Positions 9,373-20,637 of a stretch of DNA of 64,000 nt are shown here, piece after piece. The translations under genes were made by a program, and so were the position numbers. The stretch spans positions 1,242 through 65,241 of the forward strand of contig NZ_JBKBQM010000009.1 of assembly GCF_046292685.1 (NCBI RefSeq), written 5' to 3'. Positions within the stretch are counted from its first letter, which is position 1. Each line of letters starts with the position of its first letter. The notes beneath the pieces are model-generated. The model was given only the letters and a program-made list of their open reading frames with translations. It had not been told where the DNA came from and searched no databases. Origin of the DNA: Gemmobacter sp. (GTDB lineage Bacteria; Pseudomonadota; Alphaproteobacteria; Rhodobacterales; Rhodobacteraceae).

Positions 9373-11991
9373 ATGAACCTGGAAAAGTTCACGGAACGGT
9401 CGCGTGGCTTTCTGCAGGCGGCCCAGACGATCGCAATGCGCGAGGGTCACCAGCGGTTGGTGCCCGAACATCTGCTGAAAGCCCTGATGGATGACGATCA
9501 GGGGCTGGCCTCGAACCTGATCCGTCGGGCCGGCGGCGCGCCCGAACGGGTGGCCGAGGCGGTGAATGCCGCCGTGGCGAAGCAGCCCAAGGTGTCGGGC
9601 GGCTCGGGCGAGGTCTATACCGAACAGTCGCTGGTCCGCGTGCTGACCGAGGCCGAGGCGCTGGCGAAGAAGGCCGGCGACAGCTTCGTGCCGGCCGAAC
9701 GCATCCTGATGGCGCTGGCCATGGTGCCCAGCAAGGCCAAGGAGGCGCTGGATGCCGGTGCCGTCACCGCGCAAAAGCTGAACGCCGCCATCAACGACAT
9801 CCGCAAGGGCCGCACCGCCGACAGCGCATCCGCCGAAGAAGGCTACGAGGCGTTGAAGAAATACGCCCGCGACCTGACCGAGGCCGCGCGCGAAGGCAAG
9901 ATCGACCCGATCATCGGCCGCGACGAGGAAATCCGCCGCGCCATGCAGGTGCTGTCGCGCCGCACCAAGAACAACCCGGTGCTGATCGGCGAACCCGGCG
10001 TCGGCAAGACCGCCATCGCCGAAGGTCTGGCCTTGCGCATCGTCAACGGCGACGTGCCGGAATCCTTGCGCAACAAGCGGTTGCTCGCGCTGGACATGGG
10101 CGCGCTGATCGCCGGTGCCAAGTATCGCGGCGAGTTCGAGGAACGGCTGAAATCCGTGCTGTCCGAGGTGACGGCCTCGGCCGGCGAGATCATCCTGTTC
10201 ATCGACGAGATGCATACCCTGGTCGGCGCCGGCAAGGCCGATGGCGCGATGGATGCCGCCAACCTGCTGAAACCGGCCCTTGCCCGGGGCGAACTGCACT
10301 GCATCGGCGCCACCACGCTGGACGAATACCGCAAGCACGTGGAAAAGGACGCAGCCCTTGCCCGCCGCTTCCAGCCGGTGATGGTGTCGGAACCCACGGT
10401 CGAGGATACCGTGTCGATCCTGCGCGGCATCAAGGAAAAATACGAACTGCACCACGGGGTGAAGATCGCCGACTCGGCGCTGGTGGCGGCGGCGACGCTC
10501 AGCCACCGCTACATCACCGACCGGTTCCTGCCCGACAAGGCCATCGACCTGGTGGACGAGGCCGCATCCCGCCTGCGCATGGAGGTGGACAGCAAGCCCG
10601 AGGAGCTCGACGCGCTGGACCGCGAGATCCTGCAAAAGCAGATCGAGGCCGAGGCGCTCAAGCGCGAGGATGACCAGGCCAGCCGCGACCGACTGGAAAA
10701 GCTCGAACGCGAACTGTCCGAACTTCAGCAGGAATCGGCCGAACTCACCGCCCAGTGGCAGGCCGAACGCGACCGCCTGGAAGGCGCGCGCGAGCTGAAG
10801 GAACAGCTCGACCGCGCCCGCGCCGATCTGGAAATCGCCAAGCGCGACGGCAACTTCGCCAAGGCCGGCGAATTGCAGTATGGCCGCATCCCGGAACTGG
10901 AACGCAAGCTGGCCGAGGCGGAATCCCACGGCAACGCCAAGCTGGTGGCCGATGCCGTGCGCCCCGAACAGATCGCCGAGGTCATCGAACGCTGGACGGG
11001 CATTCCGACCTCCAAGATGCTGGAAGGCGAGCGCGAGAAGCTTCTGAAGATGGAGGAGGAACTCGGCAAGCGCGTCATCGGCCAGCGCGAGGCGGTGGTG
11101 GCCGTGTCCAACGCCGTGCGCCGCGCCCGCGCCGGCCTGAACGACGAAGGCCGCCCGCTGGGCAGCTTCCTGTTCCTCGGCCCCACCGGCGTCGGCAAGA
11201 CCGAGCTGACCAAGGCGGTCGCCGAATACCTGTTCGACGACGACAGCGCGATGGTGCGCATCGACATGTCCGAGTTCATGGAGAAACACTCCGTCGCGCG
11301 GCTGATCGGCGCCCCTCCGGGCTATGTCGGCTATGACGAAGGCGGGGTGCTGACCGAGGCGGTCCGCCGCCGGCCCTATCAGGTCGTGCTGTTCGACGAG
11401 GTGGAAAAGGCCCACCCCGACGTGTTCAACGTGCTCTTGCAGGTGCTCGACGACGGGATGCTGACCGATGGCCAGGGCCGCACGGTGGATTTCAAGCAGA
11501 CGCTGATCGTGCTGACCTCGAATCTCGGGTCGCAGGCGCTGTCGATGCTGCCCGAAGGCACCGAAAGCCGCGCCGCCAAGGCCGAGGTGATGGAGGCCGT
11601 GCGCGGCCACTTCCGCCCCGAGTTCCTGAACCGGCTGGACGAGATCATCATCTTCGATCGTCTCACCCGGGCCGACATGTCGGGCATCGTCGATATCCAG
11701 CTGCGCCGGCTGGCCAAGCGGCTGGAAGGGCGCAAGATCGTGCTGGAGCTCGACCAGTCCGCCCGCGACTGGCTGGCGGATGCCGGCTACGACCCGGTGT
11801 TCGGCGCGCGCCCGCTCAAGCGCGTCATCCAGCGCAGCCTGCAGGATCCGTTGGCGGAACTGCTGTTGTCGGGCGCAGTGCTGGATGGGGCGACCGTGCC
11901 GGTCACCGCCGGCCCCGATGGCCTGATCATCGGCGACCGGCTGGTGCCGGGCCGCGGCGCCGACCGGCCCGCGGCCGCCCCGTTGCACTAG
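9373..11991 (+). CDS. clpB: ATP-dependent chaperone ClpB
   Basis: 872 aa; two AAA+ domains ([16 protein letters not shown]) and coiled-coil M domain. Confidence 0.98.
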   Translation: MNLEKFTERSRGFLQAAQTIAMREGHQRLVPEHLLKALMDDDQGLASNLIRRAGGAPERVAEAVNAAVAKQPKVSGGSGEVYTEQSLVRVLTEAEALAKKAGDSFVPAERILMALAMVPSKAKEALDAGAVTAQKLNAAINDIRKGRTADSASAEEGYEALKKYARDLTEAAREGKIDPIIGRDEEIRRAMQVLSRRTKNNPVLIGEPGVGKTAIAEGLALRIVNGDVPESLRNKRLLALDMGALIAGAKYRGEFEERLKSVLSEVTASAGEIILFIDEMHTLVGAGKADGAMDAANLLKPALARGELHCIGATTLDEYRKHVEKDAALARRFQPVMVSEPTVEDTVSILRGIKEKYELHHGVKIADSALVAAATLSHRYITDRFLPDKAIDLVDEAASRLRMEVDSKPEELDALDREILQKQIEAEALKREDDQASRDRLEKLERELSELQQESAELTAQWQAERDRLEGARELKEQLDRARADLEIAKRDGNFAKAGELQYGRIPELERKLAEAESHGNAKLVADAVRPEQIAEVIERWTGIPTSKMLEGEREKLLKMEEELGKRVIGQREAVVAVSNAVRRARAGLNDEGRPLGSFLFLGPTGVGKTELTKAVAEYLFDDDSAMVRIDMSEFMEKHSVARLIGAPPGYVGYDEGGVLTEAVRRRPYQVVLFDEVEKAHPDVFNVLLQVLDDGMLTDGQGRTVDFKQTLIVLTSNLGSQALSMLPEGTESRAAKAEVMEAVRGHFRPEFLNRLDEIIIFDRLTRADMSGIVDIQLRRLAKRLEGRKIVLELDQSARDWLADAGYDPVFGARPLKRVIQRSLQDPLAELLLSGAVLDGATVPVTAGPDGLIIGDRLVPGRGADRPAAAPLH

Positions 11992-12003
11992 GCGAGGCCC
12001 TTT

Positions 12004-12036
12004 GCCCCCGCCCCGGCCGCCGCGCCGGGGCGGGGC
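12004..12036. terminator. GC hairpin between the convergent clpB and GMC genes
   Basis: ccccgccccggc-cgccgc-gccggggcgggg inverted repeat. Confidence 0.5.
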
Positions 12037-12052
12037 AGCACATCGCCGGCCG

Positions 12053-13663
12053 TCAGGCCCGCGCCGCGCGGCGGATCATGTCGGCCGCGCGTTCGGCAAC
12101 CATGATGGTCGGCGCATTGGTATTGCCGCCCACCAGCGTCGGCATGACCGAGGCATCGACCACGCGCAACCCTTCCATCCCGTGCACCCGCAAGGCCGGG
12201 TCGGTCACCGCCATCGGGTCGCGCCCCATGCGGCAGGTGCCCACGGGGTGATAGATGGTATCGGCGCGGGCGCGGATGTCGGCCTCCAGCGCGGCATCGC
12301 TGCCGTCATGCGGATAAAGTCGCCGTCCGCGCCAGGGGGCCAGCGCCGGCGCCTGCAGGATACGCTCCATCGCGCGCGCGCCTTGCATCAGCAGCGCCAG
12401 GTCGCGCGGGTCCGACAGAAAGGCCGGGTCGATGCGCGGCGGCGCGCCCGGATCGGCCGAGGTCAGGCCCACCCGGCCGCGGGAATGCGGCCGCAGCACG
12501 CAGACATGGCAAGACCAGCCATCGGCCAGGTGCAGCTTGCGCAGGTGGTCGTCGACGATGCCCACCACGAAATGCAGTTGCAGGTCGGGTCGCACCACCG
12601 CCGGCGACGACCGCAGGAAGGCCCCCCCTTCGGCCATCGGCGAGGCGAAAAGCCCCTCGCCTGTCCGCCGCCAGTCGAGCCCGGCGCGGATCAACCGCGC
12701 AATCCCGGCCGGGTTCAACCCCACCACATCGGCGCGCGGCGAGGTATAGCCGATGATGTAATCGAGGTGGTCCTGCAGGTTCGCCCCCACCCCCGGCAGG
12801 TCGGCCGCCACCGGCAGGCCATGCGCGCGCAACTCGGCCTCGGGCCCGATCCCCGACAGCATCAGCAGCTTGGGCGAGCCGAAGGCCCCGGCCGACACGA
12901 TCACCTCGCGCCGCGCCCGCACCAGCTGCGCGCGGCCCCGGTGGCGAATGGCCACCCCCACCGCGCGCCGCCCCTCCAGCACCACACGGTCGGCGCGGCT
13001 GCGGGTCAGCACCGTCAGGTTGCGCCGCCCCAGCACAGGAAACAGATAGGCGGCCGCGGCCGAACAGCGCTCGCCCTTCTGCGGGCCGGAATGGAACTGG
13101 GTCACCTGGTAAAGCCCCGCCCCCTCCTGCGCGGGGCCGTTGAAATCGGGGTTCGCGGCGATCTGGCTTTCGGCGCAGGCCTCCACAAAGGCGCGCGAAA
13201 TCGCCCGCGGCTGGCGCTGGTCGCCCACCTGCAACGGCCCATCGGCGCCATGCAGGGCATCGGCGCCACGTGCATTGCCTTCGGCGGCCTTGAACCAGGG
13301 CAGGCAACTGGCCCAGTCCCAGCCCTCGGCCCCCGCGGCCGCCCAGTCGTCGTAATCCGACGGATGCCCGCGCACATAGAGCATGGCATTGATCGCCGAA
13401 GACCCGCCCAGCGCCTTGCCCCGCGGCTGAAACCCGCGCCGCCCGTTCAGCCCCGCCTGCGGCACCGTGCGCAAGGCCCAGTTGTTCAGCGGCGGCCGGC
13501 CCGACACCATCGCCGCCACCAGGGCCGGCGCCCGCACCAGCAGGCTGTCGCCGCCGCCCCCCGCCTCCAGCAGGCAGACGGTCACCCCCGCATCTTCGGA
13601 AAGCCGCGCCGCCAGCACCGCCCCGGCCGACCCGCCGCCCGCGATCACATAGTCGAATTCCAC
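12053..13663 (-). CDS. GMC family oxidoreductase (choline/alcohol dehydrogenase-like)
   Basis: FDYVIAGGGSAG, PRGKALGGSSAINAM, YHPVGTCRMG, GNTNAPTIM; GTG start. Confidence 0.92.
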   Translation of the reverse strand: MEFDYVIAGGGSAGAVLAARLSEDAGVTVCLLEAGGGGDSLLVRAPALVAAMVSGRPPLNNWALRTVPQAGLNGRRGFQPRGKALGGSSAINAMLYVRGHPSDYDDWAAAGAEGWDWASCLPWFKAAEGNARGADALHGADGPLQVGDQRQPRAISRAFVEACAESQIAANPDFNGPAQEGAGLYQVTQFHSGPQKGERCSAAAAYLFPVLGRRNLTVLTRSRADRVVLEGRRAVGVAIRHRGRAQLVRARREVIVSAGAFGSPKLLMLSGIGPEAELRAHGLPVAADLPGVGANLQDHLDYIIGYTSPRADVVGLNPAGIARLIRAGLDWRRTGEGLFASPMAEGGAFLRSSPAVVRPDLQLHFVVGIVDDHLRKLHLADGWSCHVCVLRPHSRGRVGLTSADPGAPPRIDPAFLSDPRDLALLMQGARAMERILQAPALAPWRGRRLYPHDGSDAALEADIRARADTIYHPVGTCRMGRDPMAVTDPALRVHGMEGLRVVDASVMPTLVGGNTNAPTIMVAERAADMIRRAARA

Positions 13664-13678
13664 GCGAATCGCCCTCCG

Positions 13679-13729
13679 TTTCACCTTGGCCAAATATCCC
13701 ACGGGGGTGCGGGGGTGTGAAACCCCCGC
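13679..13729 (-). repeat. Intergenic repeat copy R2
   Basis: Reverse complement gcgggggtttcacacccccgc acccccgtgggatatttggccaaggtgaaa. Confidence 0.85.
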
Positions 13730-13834
13730 GGCACCGGCTGCCGCAGCGCCACGCCCGCCGGCCTGGCCCGCCCCCTTGCCCTTGCGCGCGGGCCGGTGCT
13801 AAGGCTGACCGACCGGGCAAGGGGGGCCAAAGCC

Positions 13835-14338
13835 GTGTATCCGACGAGTTTCGACAAGGAAGACCTGCTGAAATGCGCACGGGGCGAGCTGTTCGGCCCG
13901 GGGAACGCGCAGCTTCCGGCACCGCCCATGCTGATGATGGACCGCATCACCGACATTTCCGGCGACCGCGGCGAACACGGCAAGGGGCATGTCGTGGCCG
14001 AATTCGACATCACCCCCGACCTGTGGTTCTTTGCCTGCCACTTTCCCGGCAACCCGATCATGCCCGGGTGCCTCGGGCTCGATGGCCTGTGGCAGCTTAC
14101 GGGCTTCAACCTCGGCTGGCGCGGCTGGCAAGGGCGCGGCTACGCGCTCGGCGTGGGCGAGGTCAAGCTGACCGGCATGGTCCGCCCCGACCGCAAGCGG
14201 CTGACCTATTACGTCGATTTCACCAAGGCCATCCAGACCCGCCGCCTGACGATGGGCGTGGCCGATGGCCGGGTCGAGGCCGACGGCGAAACGATCTACC
14301 TCGTCAAGGACATGAAGGTCGCGCTGAGCGAGGCCTAG
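13835..14338 (+). CDS. fabA: 3-hydroxydecanoyl-ACP dehydratase/isomerase
   Basis: [43 protein letters not shown]; GTG start inferred. Confidence 0.95.
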   Translation: MYPTSFDKEDLLKCARGELFGPGNAQLPAPPMLMMDRITDISGDRGEHGKGHVVAEFDITPDLWFFACHFPGNPIMPGCLGLDGLWQLTGFNLGWRGWQGRGYALGVGEVKLTGMVRPDRKRLTYYVDFTKAIQTRRLTMGVADGRVEADGETIYLVKDMKVALSEA

Positions 14339-14363
14339 GCACGGCAACCGAAAGGGGGCACCG

Positions 14364-14957
14364 ATGCGGCTTCTGTTCGTGCAGGCGCATCCGGTGCCCG
14401 AAAGCTTCTGCGCCGCGCTGTGCCGCGCAGCGATGGACGAGGCCGGCGCCCGGGGCCATGCCGTGCGGCTGATCGACCTTCATGCCTGCGGCTTCGATCC
14501 GGTGCTGCGCGCCGCAGAGCACCGCAGCTACGCCGACCCCGCGCAACTGCCCGCCGATCTTGCACCGCATGTCGAGGCGCTGCGCTGGGCCGAGGGGGTG
14601 ATCTTCGTCTACCCGACCTGGTGGCAGGCGCAGCCCGCCATCCTGAAAGGCTGGCTGGATCGGGTGTGGCGCCCCGGCGTGGCCTTTACGGCACCTCCGG
14701 GCGGCGGCTTGCGGCCGGGTTTGCCGCAACTGCGGCTGATCGGCGCCATCACCACGCTGGGGGCGCCGTGGTGGGTCTGGGCGCTGCTGATGGGCGCGCC
14801 GGGGCGCAAGATGCTGTTGCGGGGCCTGCGCGCCTGCACCGCGCCGCGCACGCGCAGCTTCTGGCTGGCCTTGCACGACATCGACACCCGCCCCGAAGCC
14901 GACCGCCGCCGTTACCTCGACCGGGTGCGGGCGCGGGTCGCCCGCATCCCGGTCTGA
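14364..14957 (+). CDS. NAD(P)H:quinone oxidoreductase (flavodoxin-2 family)
   Basis: AHPVPESF, YPTWWQAQPAILKGWLDRVW. Confidence 0.88.
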   Translation: MRLLFVQAHPVPESFCAALCRAAMDEAGARGHAVRLIDLHACGFDPVLRAAEHRSYADPAQLPADLAPHVEALRWAEGVIFVYPTWWQAQPAILKGWLDRVWRPGVAFTAPPGGGLRPGLPQLRLIGAITTLGAPWWVWALLMGAPGRKMLLRGLRACTAPRTRSFWLALHDIDTRPEADRRRYLDRVRARVARIPV

Positions 14958-14968
14958 GCGGCCGGGGG

Positions 14969-17407
14969 CTACATCCGCAGCCGGCGGCCTTCGGGGTCGA
15001 AGGGCGGGGCGGCCAGCACGGTGGCGCGATGCGGGCGGCCCAGCACCATCACCTCGAGCCCGGTCCCCGCCGCAATGTCGGGGCGCAGGTAGGCCAGCGC
15101 CAGCGACCTTTCGACGTGATAGCCATAGGCCCCGGACGAGACCTTGCCCGCAGGCTTGCCGGACAGATCGAAGATCGGCTCGTTGCCGGTGGCATCCGCG
15201 GTGGTCGCCTCGATCGCCAGCATCCGCAACACCTCGCGCGGCGGGCGCGCCATGACCTCGGCGCAGGCCTCGCGGTTCAGGAAGGGCTTGTCGAGCTTGA
15301 CAAGGCCCGCCAGCCCCGTTTCCTGCGGCCAGTATTCGGGGCTGTAGTCGCGCCCCCAGCTGCCATAGCCCTTTTCCACCCGCAGGCTCATCAGCGCGCG
15401 GCTGCCCACGGGGCCGACGTTCAAGGGCTTTCCGGCCTCCAGCAAGGCGGCGTAAAGCCGGGGCTGGTCGGCCTCGGTGCAGTGCAGCTCCCAGCCCAGA
15501 TCGCCGGTGAAGCTGACGCGCAGGGCGATGCAATCGACCCCGGCGACCTCGATCCGGGCCGAGCGCATGAAGGGGAAGGCCGCATTCGACAGGTCGGCAT
15601 TGGTCAGCCGCCCCAGCACCTCGCGCGCCAGCGGCCCGGCGATGTTGAAGCCCGCCATCGCCTCGGTCACGCTGCGCCAGGTGGTGCCGGCAGGCAAGGG
15701 CACGGCATCGAAGAACCGCTTGTGATAGCGTTCCGCCATGCCAGAACCGACCATGAAATAATCGTCCGGGGCAAGGCAGGTCACGGTGAAATCCCCCGCA
15801 ATCCCGCCGCGCTTGCCGATCAGCGGGGCAAGGCAGGACCGACCCGGCACCGCCGGAATGCGGTTGGCCAGCAGCGCCTCGAGCCAGTCCTTCGCCCCCG
15901 GCCCGGCGATGCGGTAGCGGGCGAAGTTCGAGATGTCGATGATCCCGGCCCGGTCGCGCAACATGCGTGCCTCGCGCCCCACGGGGGCCCACCAGTTCTG
16001 CCGCTCGAACCCGATGGTCTCCTCGGTCGGCTCGCCGGGGGCGGAAAACCACAAGGGGTGTTCCCAGCCGAAGTTGAGCCCGAACACCGCGCCCATCGCC
16101 TTTTGCCGCTCATACACGGGGCGCACCCGCACCGGGCGGCCGGCGGCGCGCTCCTCGTTCGGGAAATGGATCTTGAAGCGGTTGGCATATTGGTCGCGCA
16201 CCCGTTCGCGGGTGAAATCGCGCCCAGCCCAGGCGCCGAAGCGCGCCAGATCCCAGCCGAACATGTCGAGCTTGGGTTCCCCGGTGACGATCCATTCGGC
16301 GGACAACAGGCCGAGCCCCCCCGATTGCGAAAAGCCGGGGATGATGCCGTTGCAGCAGAAATAGTTGCGCAGTTCCGGCACCGGGCCGAACAGGGCGGCG
16401 CTGTCGGGCGACCAGATCATCGGGCCGTTGATGACGCGCTTGATGCCGGCGGTGCCCACCACCGGCACCCGGGCAATGGCGCGCAGCATGTTGGGTTCGA
16501 TCCGGTCCAGATCGTCGGCGAACAGCTCGTGCCCGAAGCCCTGCGGTGTGCCGTCCTCGGCCCAGAAGCGCATGTCGCGCTCATAGGCGCCGACCAGCAG
16601 GCCCAGCCCCTCTTGCCGCAGGTAATATTCGCCGTCGCGGTCGGCAACCGAAGGCAGGCGGCGGCCCATCGCGGCAACCTCGGGGATGGTCTCGGTGACG
16701 AAATACTGATGTTCCGTCGGCATCAGCGGCAGGGTGATGCCGGCCAGCGCGGCCACTTCGCGCGCCCAGAGGCCGGCGGCGTTCACCACCCAGCCGGTGC
16801 GCACCTCGCCCAGCGGGGTTTCCACGATCCAGGTTCCGTCGGGTTGCGGGCGCGTGGCGGTGACGGGGCAGTTGCGCAGGATCTGCGCCCCGCGCGCCCG
16901 GGCGCCGGCGGCATAGGCCATCGTCACGCCCGAAGGGTCCACGTTGCCGCCTTGCGGTTCGTGCATGATGCAGCGGATGCCGGTGAAATCCACCAGCGGG
17001 TGCAGGCGTTCGGCCTCGTCGCGCGAGATTTCGTAGAACTCCATCCCGTAGTAGCGCGCCTTGGCGGCTTGCAGGCGCAACTGATGCTCGCGCGCCTCGG
17101 TCTGGGCCAGATACAGCGAACCGGGCTGAAAGATGCCGCAGCCCTGGCCGGTTTCGGCCTCCAGATCCTTGTAAAGGCCCATCGTGTAGTGCTGCAGCCG
17201 ACTGATGTTGGTGCTGTCGTGCAGGCCGTGGATATTGGCCGCCGCGTGCCAGGTGCTGCCCGAGGTCAGCTCGCTGCGTTCCAGCAGCACGACATCGGTC
17301 CAGCCCAGTTTGGTCAGGTGATAGAGGATCGAGCATCCGACCAGCCCGCCGCCGATGACGACAGCCTGGGCATGGGATCGGGGTCTTGCGGGTTCGGTCT
17401 GGGTCAT
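14969..17407 (-). CDS. Dimethylglycine dehydrogenase-like FAD oxidoreductase with GcvT domain
   Basis: VVIGGGLVG, LERSELTSGSTWHAA, C-terminal GcvT fold (SFTGDLGWEL, SLRVEKGY, PFDPEGRRLR). Confidence 0.9.
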   Translation of the reverse strand: MTQTEPARPRSHAQAVVIGGGLVGCSILYHLTKLGWTDVVLLERSELTSGSTWHAAANIHGLHDSTNISRLQHYTMGLYKDLEAETGQGCGIFQPGSLYLAQTEAREHQLRLQAAKARYYGMEFYEISRDEAERLHPLVDFTGIRCIMHEPQGGNVDPSGVTMAYAAGARARGAQILRNCPVTATRPQPDGTWIVETPLGEVRTGWVVNAAGLWAREVAALAGITLPLMPTEHQYFVTETIPEVAAMGRRLPSVADRDGEYYLRQEGLGLLVGAYERDMRFWAEDGTPQGFGHELFADDLDRIEPNMLRAIARVPVVGTAGIKRVINGPMIWSPDSAALFGPVPELRNYFCCNGIIPGFSQSGGLGLLSAEWIVTGEPKLDMFGWDLARFGAWAGRDFTRERVRDQYANRFKIHFPNEERAAGRPVRVRPVYERQKAMGAVFGLNFGWEHPLWFSAPGEPTEETIGFERQNWWAPVGREARMLRDRAGIIDISNFARYRIAGPGAKDWLEALLANRIPAVPGRSCLAPLIGKRGGIAGDFTVTCLAPDDYFMVGSGMAERYHKRFFDAVPLPAGTTWRSVTEAMAGFNIAGPLAREVLGRLTNADLSNAAFPFMRSARIEVAGVDCIALRVSFTGDLGWELHCTEADQPRLYAALLEAGKPLNVGPVGSRALMSLRVEKGYGSWGRDYSPEYWPQETGLAGLVKLDKPFLNREACAEVMARPPREVLRMLAIEATTADATGNEPIFDLSGKPAGKVSSGAYGYHVERSLALAYLRPDIAAGTGLEVMVLGRPHRATVLAAPPFDPEGRRLRM

Positions 17408-17558
17408 GGCGGTCTTTCGGGGCGCTGGCGGCCGGGGGGCAAGGGTCGGGTCGCAGGGCAGACTAGACGAGCGCCGCGAAGATGACACACAAGGAAAACG
17501 CGGGTCTGGACCCCGCTTTTGCGATGCCATCCGCCGTGGCCGAACCGGGAGAGCACCG

Positions 17559-18428
17559 ATGCAACACCTGCCGCCGCTGAACTACATCCGCTCGTTCGAG
17601 GCGGCGGCCCGGCACCAGAGCTTTACCCGCGCGGCGCAGGAACTGGGCCTGACGCAAGCGGCGGTATCGGCCCATGTGCGCGCGCTGGAAACCTGGGTCG
17701 GGCGGCCCTTGTTCCGGCGCGGCCCGCGCAGCCTGACCCCGACCGAGGTGGCCGAGGCCTGGCTGCCCGCCTTGCGCCAGGCGCTGGCGCAGATCGAGGC
17801 GGCGACCGGGCAGATCCTCGCCGTGCCGCACCGGCAGGAGGTGACGCTGGCCTGCCCGGCCAGCCTGGCTGCCAACTGGCTGCCGCGGCGGCTGGCCGCG
17901 TTTCGCGCGCGGCACCCCGATATCGGGATCACCGTCCACGCCACGATCTGGGCCGAAAGCGGAGACCAGATAGCCGACCTGCGCATCGTGCCGCGCCATG
18001 CCGGCCAGCCGCCCCTGGGCCTGCCGCTGGGCGAAGACCGGCTGGTCGTGGTTTGCGCGCCCGGGTTCCTGCACGGCCCCGATGCCTTGCGCACCCCCGC
18101 CGACGTTGCGCGCAAGGGCCTGATTCACGTGCTGGGGCGCGAGGAACACTGGCAGGCCTTTGCCCGGCATCACGGGCTGGCCGGCCTGCCGCTGGCCGAG
18201 GGGCCGCGGACCGACAGTTCCAACGTGGCGCTGGAAATGGCCGCCGCCGGCATGGGCTGCGCCATCGCGCAAGAGTCGCTGGCCGCCTTGCCCATCGAAC
18301 GCGGCACGCTGGCCGCCCCCTTTGCCGACCGCATCGCCAGCGGCTGGGGCTACGAGGTGCAGACCGGCGACCTGGCCCCCAGCCGCGCCAGCGAAAGGTT
18401 GCTGCAATTCCTTCTGGCGGCGCGCTGA
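17559..18428 (+). CDS. LysR family regulator (GcvA-like), divergent from the GcvT-family gene
   Basis: LPPLNYIRSFEAAARHQSFTRAAQELGLTQAAVS HTH. Confidence 0.92.
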   Translation: MQHLPPLNYIRSFEAAARHQSFTRAAQELGLTQAAVSAHVRALETWVGRPLFRRGPRSLTPTEVAEAWLPALRQALAQIEAATGQILAVPHRQEVTLACPASLAANWLPRRLAAFRARHPDIGITVHATIWAESGDQIADLRIVPRHAGQPPLGLPLGEDRLVVVCAPGFLHGPDALRTPADVARKGLIHVLGREEHWQAFARHHGLAGLPLAEGPRTDSSNVALEMAAAGMGCAIAQESLAALPIERGTLAAPFADRIASGWGYEVQTGDLAPSRASERLLQFLLAAR

Positions 18429-18509
18429 GCCGGCCGGCCGCGCCCTACCGGCTTGCCCCGTAGGGCCTGACGCCTTACACAAGCCAAGACCAGAAGAAGG
18501 GAGCCCCCC

Positions 18510-19739
18510 ATGCGCCGCGTCGTCATCACCGGGATCGGCATCGTCTCGCCCATCGGCAATACCGCCGCCGATGTCAGCGAAAGCCTGCGAACCGGGCGGT
18601 CGGGCATCGTGTTCGCGCCGGAATACGCCGAACACGGCTTTCGCAGCCGGGTGCATGGCCAGCCGCAGATCGTGCTGGAAGACCACATCGACAAGCGCGA
18701 CCTGCGCTTCATGGGCGATGGCGCCGCCTACAACTTCATCGCCATGAAACAGGCGATCGAGGACAGCGGCCTGACCGAGGCCGAGGTTTCGAACGAACGC
18801 ACCGGCATCATCGTCGGGTCCGGCGGGCCTTCGACCAAGTCGTTCTACAAGGCGCACAACATCGTGCGCGAAACCGGCAGCCCGAAACGGATCGGGCCGT
18901 TCGGGGTGACCAAGGGCATGTCCTCGACCACCTCGGCCTGCCTGGCCACGCCGTTCAGGATCAAGGGCGTGAACTACTCGATCACCTCGGCCTGCTCGAC
19001 CTCGGCGCATTGCATCGGCAACGGCACCGAGCTGATCCAGTTCGGCAAGCAGGACATCGTCTTTGCCGGCGGCGGCGAGGAACTGGACTGGACGCTGTCG
19101 TGCCTGTTCGATGCGATGGGCGCCATGAGCAGCAAATATAACGACACGCCGGAAACCGCGTCGCGCGCCTTCGATGCCACGCGCGACGGCTTCGTCATTG
19201 CCGGCGGCGGCGGCGTGGTGGTGCTGGAGGAGCTGAACCACGCCCTGGCCCGCGGGGCCAAGATCTATGCCGAGGTCACCGGCTATGGCGCCACCTCGGA
19301 CGGGCACGACATGGTGGCCCCCTCGGGCGAAGGCGGCGAACGGTCGATGCGGGCCGCGCTGGCCACCCTGCCCCGCGACCGCAAGATCACCTACATCAAC
19401 GCCCACGGCACCAGCACGCCCGCCGGCGACGTGACCGAGGTCAAGGCCATCCGCCGCGTGTTCGGCGAAGGCAAGGTGCCGCCGATCTCCTCGACCAAGT
19501 CGCTGACGGGGCATTCGCTGGGCGCCACCGGCGTGCACGAGGCGATCTACAGCCTGCTGATGATGCAAGGCGGGTTCATCGCCGCCTCGGCCAATGTCAC
19601 GCAGCTCGACCCCGAACTGCACCCCGACGAAATCGCCACCACCCTGCGCGAAGGCGTGGAATTCGACAGCATCCTGTCGAACAGCTTCGGCTTCGGCGGC
19701 ACCAACGCAACGCTGGTGATGAGCCGGTATCTGGGCTGA
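18510..19739 (+). CDS. fabB: Beta-ketoacyl-ACP synthase I
   Basis: [35 protein letters not shown]. Confidence 0.96.
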   Translation: MRRVVITGIGIVSPIGNTAADVSESLRTGRSGIVFAPEYAEHGFRSRVHGQPQIVLEDHIDKRDLRFMGDGAAYNFIAMKQAIEDSGLTEAEVSNERTGIIVGSGGPSTKSFYKAHNIVRETGSPKRIGPFGVTKGMSSTTSACLATPFRIKGVNYSITSACSTSAHCIGNGTELIQFGKQDIVFAGGGEELDWTLSCLFDAMGAMSSKYNDTPETASRAFDATRDGFVIAGGGGVVVLEELNHALARGAKIYAEVTGYGATSDGHDMVAPSGEGGERSMRAALATLPRDRKITYINAHGTSTPAGDVTEVKAIRRVFGEGKVPPISSTKSLTGHSLGATGVHEAIYSLLMMQGGFIAASANVTQLDPELHPDEIATTLREGVEFDSILSNSFGFGGTNATLVMSRYLG

Positions 19740-19751
19740 GCGGAGGCAGGC

Positions 19752-20540
19752 ATGGGCGAACTTCTGAAAGGCAAGCGCGGGCTTGTCATGGGTGTGGCGA
19801 ACGAACGCTCGATCGCCTGGGGCATCGCGCGGGCGATGGCCGGCGAAGGGGCGGAGCTTGCGTTTTCCTATCAGGGCGAGGCCTTCGGCAAGCGGGTCGA
19901 GCCGCTGGCGGCCTCGGTCGGGTCGTCGTTCCTGGTCGATGTGGACGTGACCGACGAGGCAAGCCTTGACGCCTGCTTTGCCCGGCTGACGGCGGAATGG
20001 GGCCGGATGGACTTTCTGGTCCACGCCATCGCCTATTCCGACAAGACCGAGCTGACCGGTCGGTTCATCAACACCACCCGCGGCAACTTCCTGCATTCGC
20101 TGAACATCTCCTGCTTCAGCTTCATCGACGTGGCGCGCCGGGCCGCCGGTCTGATGCCCGATGGCGGGTCGCTGATCACGCTGACCTTCCAGGGCTCCAA
20201 CCGGGTGACGCCGAACTACAACGTGATGGGCGTGGCCAAGGCCGCGCTGGAAAGCGCAACCCGGTATCTGGCCAACGATCTTGGCCCGCAGAAGATCCGG
20301 GTGAACGCGATTTCGCCGGGCCCGATGAAGACGCTGGCCGGCGCGGCCATCGGTGGCGCCCGCGCGACCTATCGCCATACCGAGGCGAACGCGCCCTTGC
20401 GGTCGAACGCCACGCTGGAGGCGGTGGGCGGCACGGCCGTATGGCTGGCGTCGGACTGGGGCGCCTGCACCACCGGCGAAGTGGTGCGGGTGGACGGCGG
20501 CTTTCATGTGCTGGGGATGCCGCAGGCGGAAAACCTGTAA
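19752..20540 (+). CDS. fabI: Enoyl-ACP reductase
   Basis: GVANERSIAWGIA, YNVMGVAKAALE, NAISPGPMKTLA. Confidence 0.95.
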   Translation: MGELLKGKRGLVMGVANERSIAWGIARAMAGEGAELAFSYQGEAFGKRVEPLAASVGSSFLVDVDVTDEASLDACFARLTAEWGRMDFLVHAIAYSDKTELTGRFINTTRGNFLHSLNISCFSFIDVARRAAGLMPDGGSLITLTFQGSNRVTPNYNVMGVAKAALESATRYLANDLGPQKIRVNAISPGPMKTLAGAAIGGARATYRHTEANAPLRSNATLEAVGGTAVWLASDWGACTTGEVVRVDGGFHVLGMPQAENL

Positions 20541-20581
20541 CATTCGGATTGCAGGGTTCGGGCACCGGGCGCGCGGCAGCG

Positions 20582-20616
20582 GCCGGCGGCGGGGGTTCGA
20601 TGCCCCCGCTGCCGGC
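20582..20616. terminator. GC hairpin between fabI and the convergent lipocalin gene
   Basis: gccggcggcggggg-ttcgatg-cccccgctgccggc. Confidence 0.5.
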
Positions 20617-20637
20617 GCCCCCTCCCTGCCCCCGGCC

